Source: Patescibacteria group bacterium
Lineage (GTDB): Bacteria > Patescibacteriota > Minisyncoccia > Phycocordibacterales > UBA1550
Assembly (NCBI GenBank): GCA_038062675.1
Contig: JBBTWP010000002.1
Coordinates: 22,668 to 77,734, forward strand
Direction of reading: 5' to 3'
Length of the DNA stretch: 55,067 nt
Shown: positions 1-8,678 of the stretch, piece after piece
How the letters are laid out: each line of letters starts with the position of its first letter
How positions within the stretch are numbered: the stretch's first letter is position 1
The notes under the pieces: generated by a model
Database searches by the model: none
The model's input: the letters and a program-made list of their open reading frames with translations, nothing else
Told to the model about the DNA's origin: nothing
Translations under genes and position numbers: made by a program

Positions 1-1
1 C

Positions 2-2569
2 CAACAGGCTGCAAAAGAATGGTTTATTAGGCGTCTCTCCGATGGATACATAAACAACGCCCTCAATATCAAAGAGAAGTTTGATATCCCTGAAGAATTC
101 CTCCTTTCCGCCGAAGTCCAACAAGCTGCAAAAGAAGGGTTCATTAAGTGCCTCTCCAAAAGATACATAGACGAAGCCATCAAAATCAAAGAGAAGTTTT
201 CTCTTCCTGAAGATGTAGTCCAACAGGCTGCAAAAGAATGGTTTATTAGGCGTCTCTCCGATGGATACATAGACAACGCCCTCTATATCAAAGAGGCATT
301 TTCTATATCAATAAAATCAGAAGAGATCATAACGGCACTTCCTGTCATCGGAGAAATGCTGGAACGACTCAAAGAGATCTCTCCGCGCTTTTATGAACAA
401 GCGCACAGATCGGTTGATATCGTTCTCTCACTTGTCGAATTTATAAAAAATCCCGAAACGCTCTTTTCTACGATTGAAGAAAACCCATTCTTAATGGAAG
501 CGATTTCGCAGAATCCGCGTTTCGGCTCAAAACTTCTTTTGCACTATCCGCAGTTTGACAATCTTTCCAAAGAAAATATAAGCACACTCTTTGCATTTAA
601 GGAGGAGATTTTGAAAGAGAATCCTGATATCTCTTCCGAATCGCTCGAATTTCGCCGGCTGATGCAGGAAAAATTGAAAGAATACGGAAGTAATCCAGAT
701 ATCATTCGCGCGATAGAGCAATCGGGAGTCAATGCGGACGCGTGGCTTCACTACAGCGAAACAGCCTACTTTAACCTTGAATCCGGCGAGGGAACGCTTG
801 CTTTTTCCGAAACCATAGCGACACCGATAGGGAGAATAAAAGAAACGATCAACAGTTACGCGCATACGATAAAAGAAACGCTTCGAGAATATAAAAAAGA
901 GCTGTCGGAGTTCAAAATTCTTCTTGAAGAGCCCAAGGAAATAGAGGGGCAGATTTCCAATATGCAGGCGGAGTTGGAAAAGGCGCGACTAGAAGGAAAC
1001 GAGAAAAAAGCGCAAGGGATAGAAAAGGGAATTCTTGGACTAACCAAAAAGTTGGAGAGTATAAAAACAGTCGTTCTCTGGGACAAGCTCCTAGGCGATA
1101 TCTCCGCTTTTCAACGGCTTACGGATGATCTTTCTGGGACGCAGGAAAGATTAATGCAGGTGGAAAACGATTTTCACGAGAAATTGTCGGGGAAGATGCC
1201 GTCCGGAAAAGCAATTCAGGAATTGAAAGAGAAAATGAACAGAACAAAAGAAGAATTGAGGACGAAGTTCGGCGTTTTGGAGAGACGAATTGAAGATTTC
1301 CAAAACAACCTTCCCCGTTTGATTTCTCCCGCTTTGGGGAAAGAACGAAGCGAGGCGTTGGCTCAAGAAATACAGACGCATCTTGCTGAGCAGTTTGACC
1401 ACTGGAACACTGACAGGCGTGATTTAACAAATCTTTTTTCCGAGAGAAGCGACAAAGAAAAAGAAAAAATGGCGAATCAGCCGATGAGTATTTTCGTCTG
1501 GGCGCGCAACCCCGACATTGATTTGTACCAAGGAAATTATTCTCCTTGCTGTATCTGTATAGATAGCGGGCATATGGGATCGGAGTCAACCATTGCCGAC
1601 TACCATACAGATGTGGGTGTTCAAATCGTCAATATCTGGGATGAGACGAAAAACGAGCCGGTAACCGCGGCGTGGTGCTGGCTAGGGGAGGACAAAAAGG
1701 GAAACGCCGTCTTGGTGGTGGACAACATTGAATCCAATACTCTTTACAGCGCTAATTATTCAGAGCAGATGACTAAAAAACTTTTCGGCTACCTTGAGGG
1801 TTATGCGAAATCTATCGGCGTCAAAAAAATAGTTTTGGGAAAAGCGAATAATGATTTGCCTACCGGTGGTGAGTTGGCGAAATTAAAAGAGGACGCGGGA
1901 GCATACGAAAAAATCGGAGGATACAACAGAGCCGACGGATATTTTCTTGAAGCGGAAGGTAAGTCAGTAAAAGTTGTATGGGAAAAGACGAAAAAAGAAA
2001 AAGAGACGGAAAGAGCAAGAGAAAACCAACCCCGTGTTGTTTTTGAGGAGATAATAACAAAGGATTTGTCAGAAAATGATTTTGGGACAGTGAGGCGATT
2101 GGAGCGTGAGATATATGCCGGCACCGATTTGATTGCCGGACAAGCATTGACTGAGGATATAAAAAGCAGAAATGGCTTGGACTACTCCATCATTATTTCA
2201 GGAAAGCGGAGTGGCGTAGAAAAAGAAGAGATCATCGGCTATATTGTCGCCGTTGACGGCGAGACGGATGAAGGCGACGCGTGCGTATATCTTGAAGATA
2301 TCGCGGTCACTCCCGACGCGCAAGGTCAGAAAATCGGCTGGGAGATCTTAAAAAAATTGATTGAGAAATTGAAAGAAAAAGCGCGCAAAGAAAACAAGCC
2401 TGTTTTATTGGATATGCACTTGCGGGAAAATTCACAGAGATTTATGGAAAAGCATCGTGACGATATGGACCAGATGGGAGTAAAGATGATAGAAGAAGCG
2501 CTTGTCCCTGATTATTATGATGAGGGGGTAGACGCACTATATTCGGTTTATCAAATAGCGGTGAATTAA
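2..2569 (+). CDS. Large repeat/coiled-coil protein with a C-terminal GNAT acetyltransferase-like domain (5' partial, enters from upstream of the window)
   Basis: The frame of ORF 356..2569 has no stop back to nt 2 (QQAAKEWFIRRLSDGYINNAL...), so the listed ATG is not the true start. The N-terminus has degenerate 34-39 aa repeats and the middle is K/E-rich and coiled-coil-like. The C-terminal ...VYLEDIAVTPDAQGQKIGWEILKKLIE... fits the GNAT acetyl-CoA binding motif (Q/R-x-x-G-x-G/A). A second GNAT-like core may lie around ...AVLVVDNIESN... Confidence 0.7.
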   Translation, partial: QQAAKEWFIRRLSDGYINNALNIKEKFDIPEEFLLSAEVQQAAKEGFIKCLSKRYIDEAIKIKEKFSLPEDVVQQAAKEWFIRRLSDGYIDNALYIKEAFSISIKSEEIITALPVIGEMLERLKEISPRFYEQAHRSVDIVLSLVEFIKNPETLFSTIEENPFLMEAISQNPRFGSKLLLHYPQFDNLSKENISTLFAFKEEILKENPDISSESLEFRRLMQEKLKEYGSNPDIIRAIEQSGVNADAWLHYSETAYFNLESGEGTLAFSETIATPIGRIKETINSYAHTIKETLREYKKELSEFKILLEEPKEIEGQISNMQAELEKARLEGNEKKAQGIEKGILGLTKKLESIKTVVLWDKLLGDISAFQRLTDDLSGTQERLMQVENDFHEKLSGKMPSGKAIQELKEKMNRTKEELRTKFGVLERRIEDFQNNLPRLISPALGKERSEALAQEIQTHLAEQFDHWNTDRRDLTNLFSERSDKEKEKMANQPMSIFVWARNPDIDLYQGNYSPCCICIDSGHMGSESTIADYHTDVGVQIVNIWDETKNEPVTAAWCWLGEDKKGNAVLVVDNIESNTLYSANYSEQMTKKLFGYLEGYAKSIGVKKIVLGKANNDLPTGGELAKLKEDAGAYEKIGGYNRADGYFLEAEGKSVKVVWEKTKKEKETERARENQPRVVFEEIITKDLSENDFGTVRRLEREIYAGTDLIAGQALTEDIKSRNGLDYSIIISGKRSGVEKEEIIGYIVAVDGETDEGDACVYLEDIAVTPDAQGQKIGWEILKKLIEKLKEKARKENKPVLLDMHLRENSQRFMEKHRDDMDQMGVKMIEEALVPDYYDEGVDALYSVYQIAVN

Positions 2570-2659
2570 GATTACAACATCGCCCCGTAGCGGTGGTGCA
2601 TGAGGAAATATATGCAATAGTAAAAAACGAATGTGGTTGGTGGTAATTTATTCGTTCAA

Positions 2660-2688
2660 AACCCTCGGTTTCGGCCGAGGGTTTTTTC
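2660..2688 (+). terminator. Rho-independent terminator after the GNAT-domain gene
   Basis: Hairpin CCCTCGG-TTTCGG-CCGAGGG followed by TTTTTT. Confidence 0.6.
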
Positions 2689-2718
2689 GTTTGAGAAGCT
2701 GTGCTATGATGCGCATAT

Positions 2719-4428
2719 ATGAAGGAGAAATTGGAAATACTCGTGCGTGAGGCACTTGGGGCGCTGGGAGTGGAGGCGACCGCGATTGTTATCGAGCGAC
2801 CGGCTGACATGGCGCATGGAGACTACGCGACAAATGTCGCTCTTGCGTATGCAAAAAAAGCAGGAATGTCACCGCGTGTGCTTGCAGGGAAACTTACGGA
2901 GGAGCTCTTGCGCATGCCTACCGAGGAGATAAAAAATATCGAAATCGCCGGTCCGGGGTTTATCAACTTCAGACTTTCGGATGCGCATTTGAAAGGTGCG
3001 CTCGCTCTGGCGCTCGAGCAAAAAGAAAAGTGGGGGAGCAACGGAACGCTTGTGGGAAAAAAAGTGATCGTTGAATACACCGATCCCAACCCATTCAAAG
3101 AATTTCATATTGGGCATTTGATGGCGAATGCCATCGGTGAGTCTATTTCACGCCTCGTCGAAGCGAGCGGTGCAGAAACAAAACGCGCCTGCTACCAAGG
3201 GGATGTAGGGATGCATGTGGCAAAGGCGGTGTGGGGGATTATGAGGCTAGAAAAGGAAGGGGATATTCTTGCACAGAACGCTTCGGTTCTTGAACATGCA
3301 GCATATCTTGGTAAGGCATATGCCAAGGGAGCTACTGCGTATGAAGGGGATGATTCCATAAAAAAAGAAATTGTTGTAATTAACAAAAAAATATACGAGC
3401 GCGGTGACCTTGGCGTAAACAATGTTTACGATACAGGGAAACAGTGGAGTCTGCAGTACTTTGAAGCAATTTATCAAAAGCTCGGCACAAAGTTTGACTA
3501 CTATTTTTTTGAGAGCGAAACGAGAAAGTTTGGAGAGGAGATTGTGAGAAATAGTGTAGGTAAAGTATTTGAACAAGGGGAGGGTGGAGCTATTGTGTAC
3601 AAAGGCGACGAGACAAAGGGTTTGCACACACGCGTGTTTGTGAATTCAGAAGGACTGCCGACGTATGAAGCAAAAGAGCTTGGTTTGGCGAAAACAAAAT
3701 ATGATACGTATCCGTATGATATGTCGGTGGTGGTCACAGCCAATGAACAGAATGCGTATTTCAAAGTGTTGCTTGCGGCAATGGCGGAGATATTTCCCGA
3801 GCTTGCGGAAAAGACTATTCATATTTCCCACGGAATGCTTCGTTTGCCAACGGGCAAAATGTCGTCACGCACAGGTGATGTCATTACGGCAGAAGGGCTT
3901 ATTGAAGAAGTGAAAACGCGCGTCCAAGAGAAATTCAAAGAGGGCATGTTTTCTCCTGACGAAAAAGAAAAAGTTGCGGAACAGGTGGCGATTGGCGCGA
4001 TAAAATACTCGATTCTTCGCCAAGCATCCGGAAAAGATATTATTTTCGACATGGAGCAGTCGCTGTCGTTTGAGGGCGACTCGGGTCCATACTTGCAGTA
4101 TACCCATGCGCGCACGTGTTCGCTCCTTGCAAAAGCAGAAGGGAAAACTATTGACGCGATGAAGTTTGAAGGAGAAATTGGTACACTCCACAAGTATCTC
4201 CTCCAGTTTCCCGAGGTGGTGTTCCGCGCGAGCGAAGAACGTGAACCGCATCATGTGACGACCTATTTGGTTGAGCTCGCCCGTGCATTCAACGCTTACT
4301 ATGCAAACACGCCCGTCCTCGATGGCTCCCCCAACGAACCCTACAAGCTTGCGCTTGTCCAAGCCGTGTCACAAACCCTCAAAAAAGGCCTTGAGCTTTT
4401 GGGGATACCAACACCTGAGCGGATGTAG
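2719..4428 (+). CDS. argS: Arginyl-tRNA synthetase
   Basis: 569 aa with a class I HIGH motif (FHIGHLMANAIG) and the KMSKS-equivalent GKMSSRTGDV. Length and C-terminal anticodon-binding-like region are typical of bacterial ArgRS. Confidence 0.94.
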   Translation: MKEKLEILVREALGALGVEATAIVIERPADMAHGDYATNVALAYAKKAGMSPRVLAGKLTEELLRMPTEEIKNIEIAGPGFINFRLSDAHLKGALALALEQKEKWGSNGTLVGKKVIVEYTDPNPFKEFHIGHLMANAIGESISRLVEASGAETKRACYQGDVGMHVAKAVWGIMRLEKEGDILAQNASVLEHAAYLGKAYAKGATAYEGDDSIKKEIVVINKKIYERGDLGVNNVYDTGKQWSLQYFEAIYQKLGTKFDYYFFESETRKFGEEIVRNSVGKVFEQGEGGAIVYKGDETKGLHTRVFVNSEGLPTYEAKELGLAKTKYDTYPYDMSVVVTANEQNAYFKVLLAAMAEIFPELAEKTIHISHGMLRLPTGKMSSRTGDVITAEGLIEEVKTRVQEKFKEGMFSPDEKEKVAEQVAIGAIKYSILRQASGKDIIFDMEQSLSFEGDSGPYLQYTHARTCSLLAKAEGKTIDAMKFEGEIGTLHKYLLQFPEVVFRASEEREPHHVTTYLVELARAFNAYYANTPVLDGSPNEPYKLALVQAVSQTLKKGLELLGIPTPERM

Positions 4429-4436
4429 GGTTGGCG

Positions 4437-4477
4437 CCCGCAAAAAATCCCTTGCGGAGCAAGGGATTTTTTGCGGG
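4437..4477. terminator. Long hairpin terminator between argS and ileS
   Basis: CCCGCAAAAAATCCCTTG / CAAGGGATTTTTTGCGGG form perfect 18-nt arms around a short loop. A/T runs inside the arms make it look bidirectional. Confidence 0.7.
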
Positions 4478-4506
4478 CAGTGTCGTTTTGTGATATGGTG
4501 ATAGAT

Positions 4507-7500
4507 ATGAAAGAAGACTCAAAAAAAGTGGAGAATGTAAAATCGGAGATCGCGCTTCGCGAAGAGGCGACGCTTGCGTTTTGGGAGAAAGAAAGGATAT
4601 TTGAACAGTCGCTTGAGGCAACAAAAAACGGCAAAGAATTCGTGTTTTACGATGGTCCGCCGTTTGGGACGGGTCTTCCGCACTACGGACATATTTTGAC
4701 GAGCGTACTTAAGGATGCAATCCCTCGGTATCAAACCATGCGGGGGCGCCACGTGCGTCGCGTGTGGGGTTGGGATTGCCACGGTCTTCCTATAGAAAAC
4801 CTTATTGAAGGTGAGCTTGGGCTCAAAAACAGAAATGATATCGAAGTGTATGGTATTGAGAAATTCAATGAGGCGGCGCGTGCCTCGGTTCTTCGCTATG
4901 ATACGGAATGGCAAAAAATGATTCCGCGTATTGGGAGGTGGGTGGACATGGAGCATTCGTACAAGACGCTTGATGCAAAATACACCGAGTCGATTTGGTG
5001 GGCATTTAAGACACTCTATGATAAAAAGTTGGTGTACCAAGGATTTAAGGCGATGCATGTTTGTCCGCGATGCGAGACAACGCTTTCCAATAATGAAGTT
5101 GCGGATGGCTACAAAAATGTTTCGGACTTGTCGGTGACGGCGAAGTTTGAACTCCTCGATGAACCGGGGACATTCGTTCTTGCGTGGACGACGACACCGT
5201 GGACATTGCCGGGGAATGTAGCACTTGCGGTTGGAAGAGGTGTTGGGTATGCAAAATGGAAAAATGGCGAAGAATTTTTTATTCTTGCTGAAGATTTGGC
5301 TCCGAAATATTTTCCAGATTTTGATAGCACAGATTTTTCGAGATATGAAACTTTTCCCGTAGATTTTTTGATAGGGAAAGCCTACAAACCTATTTTTAAT
5401 TATTATGCGCAAGATGAGAAACTAGAAAATCATAAAAATGGATGGAAAATATACGAAGCAGATTTTGTGACAGCTGACAGTGGTACTGGCGTGGTGCATA
5501 TTGCGCCGGCGTTTGGTGAAGACGACATGGCTCTCGGCAAGAAAGAAAATTTACCGTTTATTCAACATGTCGGCATGGACGGCATTATGAAGCCTGAAGT
5601 GAAGGATTTTGCTGGAATGCAGGTGAAGCCGAAATCGGACGATGAAAAAACGCGGCTCTCGACGGACATTGCGGTGCTCAAATATCTGCAAGACAAAAAA
5701 CTCTTCTTCTCAAAGGAAAAAATTAATCACTCCTACCCGCATTGCTGGCGCTGTGATACACCGCTTTTGAACTACGCCGCAGGGTCGTGGTTTGTAAAAG
5801 CGCCAGAGCTCAAAGACAAGATGCTTTCTGAAAATGCGGGCACGACGTGGGTTCCGGCACACATGCGCGATGGACGTTTTGGAAACTGGATCGCGAATGC
5901 ACGCGATTGGGCTATTTCTCGTTCACGATATTGGGGTGCCCCACTGCCGGTGTGGGAGTGTGCAGTGTGCAACAAGCACGAAGTGTTCGGCTCTTGCGCT
6001 GAGCTTGCAGCACATACAAAAAAATCAGGCAATACGTATTTAATAATGCGCCATGGTCAAGCTGAAAGCAATGTACGAAATATTGTGAGTTCAAAGGTGG
6101 GGAGCGTTCATGACCTCGGCCTTACTTCCGACGGGCGTATTTCTGTATTTGAAGCAACCAAAGATTTAAAAGAAATGCAGGTTGACATGATTGTCGCTTC
6201 ACCGTTCGCGCGCACCAGAGAAACTGCCGAAACGGTGGCACAGGAAGTTGGCATGGATCCAAAAAAGATTGTTTTTGATACACGTTTGCAAGAAATAAAT
6301 ACGGGTGTTTTTGACGGACGCCCTATCGAGGAGTATCGAACTTACTTTGCTTCAATGCTCGAGAAATTTACGAAGGCGACCCCCGAGGAAGAAAATCTTC
6401 TGGAGGTAAAACGTCGTGTGATGGCAGTTCTTGAAGAGCTTGAGGCAAAAGAGCAAGGCAAAACCATTTTAATTGTTACTCATGAATATCCGGTATGGAT
6501 GCTTTCTGCTGGTGCGCAAGGAATGACGGTAGACGAAGCACTCGCAATCAAAGAAGGAAAGGATGATTTTTTGAGTACGGGCGACTTTGTCGAGCTTTCT
6601 TTTACGCCGTTTCCGCATAATGCCGACTTTGAATTTGATCTTCATCGTCCGTATATCGATCAAATCCATGTTGATTGTTCCTGTGGTGGTACTATGGTGC
6701 GTGTGCCGTACGTGTTTGACTGCTGGTTTGAGTCCGGTTCGATGCCGTATGCACAGTTTCATTACCCGTTTGAGAACAAAGAACTTTTTGAGAAAAATTT
6801 TCCCGCGGATTTTATTGCGGAGGGCGTGGATCAGACGCGTGGGTGGTTTTACAATATGCTCGTGCTTTCCACTGGGCTTTTTGGCAAAGCACCATTCAAT
6901 AATGTCATTGTAAATGGCATGGTGCTTGCTGAAGACGGGCAAAAAATGTCCAAGAAGCTCAAAAACTATCCCGACCCTCGGGCTGTTATCGACCGCTATG
7001 GTGCGGATGCGGTGCGTTACTATATGTTGAGTTCGCCCATCACGCGCGGAGAAGACCTGTCTTTTTCTGAGCGTGGCGTGGATGAGGTGGTAAAAAAGCT
7101 GACCATGCGTCTTTTGAATGTGGTTTCGTTTTATGAACTTCACGGCAGTACAGAAGTGACAGCAATAGAAAAGAGCACGCATCCGCTCGATCGATTTATT
7201 TTTGCGCGCATGGCAACGCTGACCAAAGAAATGACGACCGCATTTGACGCATACGAGCTCGATCGCGTTACGAAACCACTCATGCTTTTTGTGGATGACC
7301 TCTCTACGTGGTACCTGCGCCGTTCGCGAGATCGATTTAAATCAGATGATGTTCTGGATCGAACACATGCGATTTTGACCACGCGCACAGTACTCCTTGA
7401 GTTTTCAAAATTGTTGGCACCTATCATGCCGTTTCTCGCGGAAGAAGTATACCGTCGTCTTGGTGGCACGGCAAAGAGTGTGCACTTGGAGTCGTGGCCG

Positions 7501-8016
7501 TTAGTCGGAGCAGTTGATGAAGTGATTCTTGTTGATATGACTGAAGTCCGCCGTGTTGTTTCTGTGGCGCTCGAGGCGCGTGCGAAAGCAGGGATTAAGG
7601 TTCGACAACCACTTGGTAAACTCACTATCAAAGAAGAGGCACTTTCAAATAAGACAGAGCTTCTTTCGCTCATTGCTGATGAAGTGAATGTTAAGCGGGT
7701 TGTTTTCGACAAAACAATTACACAAGAAGTTCTTCTTGATACGGAAATCACCCTTGAGCTCAAGAGCGAAGGACGTTTTCGTGATTTTGTACGCTCGGTG
7801 CAGGATTTGCGCAAGAAAGAAGAGTTGAAGCCAAGCGATATGGTTCTGCTTACGATTGCCACGAATGAAGACGGTGATGTCTTAATCCGTGCTTTCGAGG
7901 ACGAACTCAAGAAAACAGCCATCCTTCGCGAAGTGGTGCTTGTGCCACTCCAAGAAGTTTCCAAAGAGGCAATTATTATTGACGAGATTCCATTTCTTAT
8001 CTCAATTCAGCGCTAA
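4507..8016 (+). CDS. ileS: Isoleucyl-tRNA synthetase (type 2-like) carrying an internal histidine-phosphatase domain insertion
   Basis: HIGH (PHYGH), KMSKK, a CP1 editing block (TTPWTLPGN), AISRSRYWG, and Cys pairs CAVC...CSCGG. I chose ATG 4507 because the upstream candidates 4471 and 4495 lie in or next to the terminator hairpin. Residues encoded by ~6031..6618 form an extra RHG-type phosphatase domain (see findings). Confidence 0.95.
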   Translation: MKEDSKKVENVKSEIALREEATLAFWEKERIFEQSLEATKNGKEFVFYDGPPFGTGLPHYGHILTSVLKDAIPRYQTMRGRHVRRVWGWDCHGLPIENLIEGELGLKNRNDIEVYGIEKFNEAARASVLRYDTEWQKMIPRIGRWVDMEHSYKTLDAKYTESIWWAFKTLYDKKLVYQGFKAMHVCPRCETTLSNNEVADGYKNVSDLSVTAKFELLDEPGTFVLAWTTTPWTLPGNVALAVGRGVGYAKWKNGEEFFILAEDLAPKYFPDFDSTDFSRYETFPVDFLIGKAYKPIFNYYAQDEKLENHKNGWKIYEADFVTADSGTGVVHIAPAFGEDDMALGKKENLPFIQHVGMDGIMKPEVKDFAGMQVKPKSDDEKTRLSTDIAVLKYLQDKKLFFSKEKINHSYPHCWRCDTPLLNYAAGSWFVKAPELKDKMLSENAGTTWVPAHMRDGRFGNWIANARDWAISRSRYWGAPLPVWECAVCNKHEVFGSCAELAAHTKKSGNTYLIMRHGQAESNVRNIVSSKVGSVHDLGLTSDGRISVFEATKDLKEMQVDMIVASPFARTRETAETVAQEVGMDPKKIVFDTRLQEINTGVFDGRPIEEYRTYFASMLEKFTKATPEEENLLEVKRRVMAVLEELEAKEQGKTILIVTHEYPVWMLSAGAQGMTVDEALAIKEGKDDFLSTGDFVELSFTPFPHNADFEFDLHRPYIDQIHVDCSCGGTMVRVPYVFDCWFESGSMPYAQFHYPFENKELFEKNFPADFIAEGVDQTRGWFYNMLVLSTGLFGKAPFNNVIVNGMVLAEDGQKMSKKLKNYPDPRAVIDRYGADAVRYYMLSSPITRGEDLSFSERGVDEVVKKLTMRLLNVVSFYELHGSTEVTAIEKSTHPLDRFIFARMATLTKEMTTAFDAYELDRVTKPLMLFVDDLSTWYLRRSRDRFKSDDVLDRTHAILTTRTVLLEFSKLLAPIMPFLAEEVYRRLGGTAKSVHLESWPLVGAVDEVILVDMTEVRRVVSVALEARAKAGIKVRQPLGKLTIKEEALSNKTELLSLIADEVNVKRVVFDKTITQEVLLDTEITLELKSEGRFRDFVRSVQDLRKKEELKPSDMVLLTIATNEDGDVLIRAFEDELKKTAILREVVLVPLQEVSKEAIIIDEIPFLISIQR

Positions 8017-8043
8017 GGTGAATTGAACAAGCAGGGTTATTTT

Positions 8044-8631
8044 ATGGCGCATCATATTTATCATACGCGCGGAATCATACTTTCGAATGTTGCGACAGGG
8101 GAGGCGAATCGTTTCTATAAATTACTCACGGAAGATTTGGGGCTCATTGGTGCAGTTGCGCAAGGAGTTCGCGAAGGGAAAGGAAAGTTGAAAACGATGC
8201 TTCAAGAATTTTCACGAATTAAGGTTGACTTGGTTCGAGGAAAGGAAGTGTGGAGAATTATCAGTGCAATGGAAGAACGTCCAGCGGGAGGATTGAAAAA
8301 GCAAGGAGAAAATATGGTGTTGTTTGCACGCATGGCATCGCTTGTTCGCCGATTGGTGCATGGAGAGGGTCGGAATGATGAATTATTTAGGGACATGCTC
8401 GCCGCACATGATTTTTTGGAGATGGTTGCGATTCCCGCGAATTTAGTGCCCGCATTTGAAACACTTAGTACTTTGCGCGTGCTTGTATGGCTCGGATATT
8501 TTGATGCTTCCTCGTACGAAATGTTTTGTAAGCTGGGGCCATGGACTATGGATATGTTGACTGAGTGGGATAAAGTTCATTCGCGTGCGGTTTCCGATAT
8601 CAATGCCGCGCTCAAGGCGTCGCAACTTTGA
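8044..8631 (+). CDS. recO: DNA repair protein RecO-like
   Basis: The N-terminal pattern HTRGIILSNVATGEANRFYKLLTEDLGLIGAVAQGVREGKGKL...IKVDLVRGKE resembles the RecO OB-fold region. It is ~195 aa. The ORF track starts at TTG 8023, and I prefer ATG 8044. Confidence 0.65.
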   Translation: MAHHIYHTRGIILSNVATGEANRFYKLLTEDLGLIGAVAQGVREGKGKLKTMLQEFSRIKVDLVRGKEVWRIISAMEERPAGGLKKQGENMVLFARMASLVRRLVHGEGRNDELFRDMLAAHDFLEMVAIPANLVPAFETLSTLRVLVWLGYFDASSYEMFCKLGPWTMDMLTEWDKVHSRAVSDINAALKASQL

Positions 8632-8662
8632 GTCTTTACCCTCGCATTTTCTTGATTGATTA

Positions 8663-8671
8663 TGGTATAAT
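8663..8671 (+). promoter_or_regulatory. Extended -10 box (TGGTATAAT) 7 nt upstream of ATG 8679
   Basis: TGnTATAAT consensus. The predicted transcription start coincides with the start codon and there is no SD. Confidence 0.5.
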
Positions 8672-8678
8672 AGTTTTT

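Noticed and set aside
2570-2718. T-box or other riboswitch leaders upstream of the aaRS genes (argS, ileS, glyQS, metG)
   Set aside because: The upstream gaps are short: ~150 nt for argS, most of it the previous gene's terminator, and under 80 nt for the others. I found no specifier-loop or T-box (AATTAGGGTGGTACCGCG-like) sequence.
4519-5412. 297-aa ORF antisense to ileS, along with similar long antisense or alternative-frame ORFs: 7140..7964(-), 6469..7182(-), 18752..19678(-), 26563..27210(-), 11147..11731(+)
   Set aside because: Each lies entirely inside a CDS with unmistakable conserved motifs on the other strand or frame. Their translations are low-complexity (R/K/F/S-rich), and none has an RBS or promoter signal.
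8628-8678. Upstream alternative starts given by the ORF track (8628, and similarly 10600, 12664, 15065, 16468, 17609, 21512, 36884, 41638, 46475)
   Set aside because: These are non-ATG or upstream in-frame codons. They overlap the preceding gene, a terminator hairpin or a promoter. In each case a downstream ATG matches the conserved protein N-terminus or a promoter/RBS signal better.
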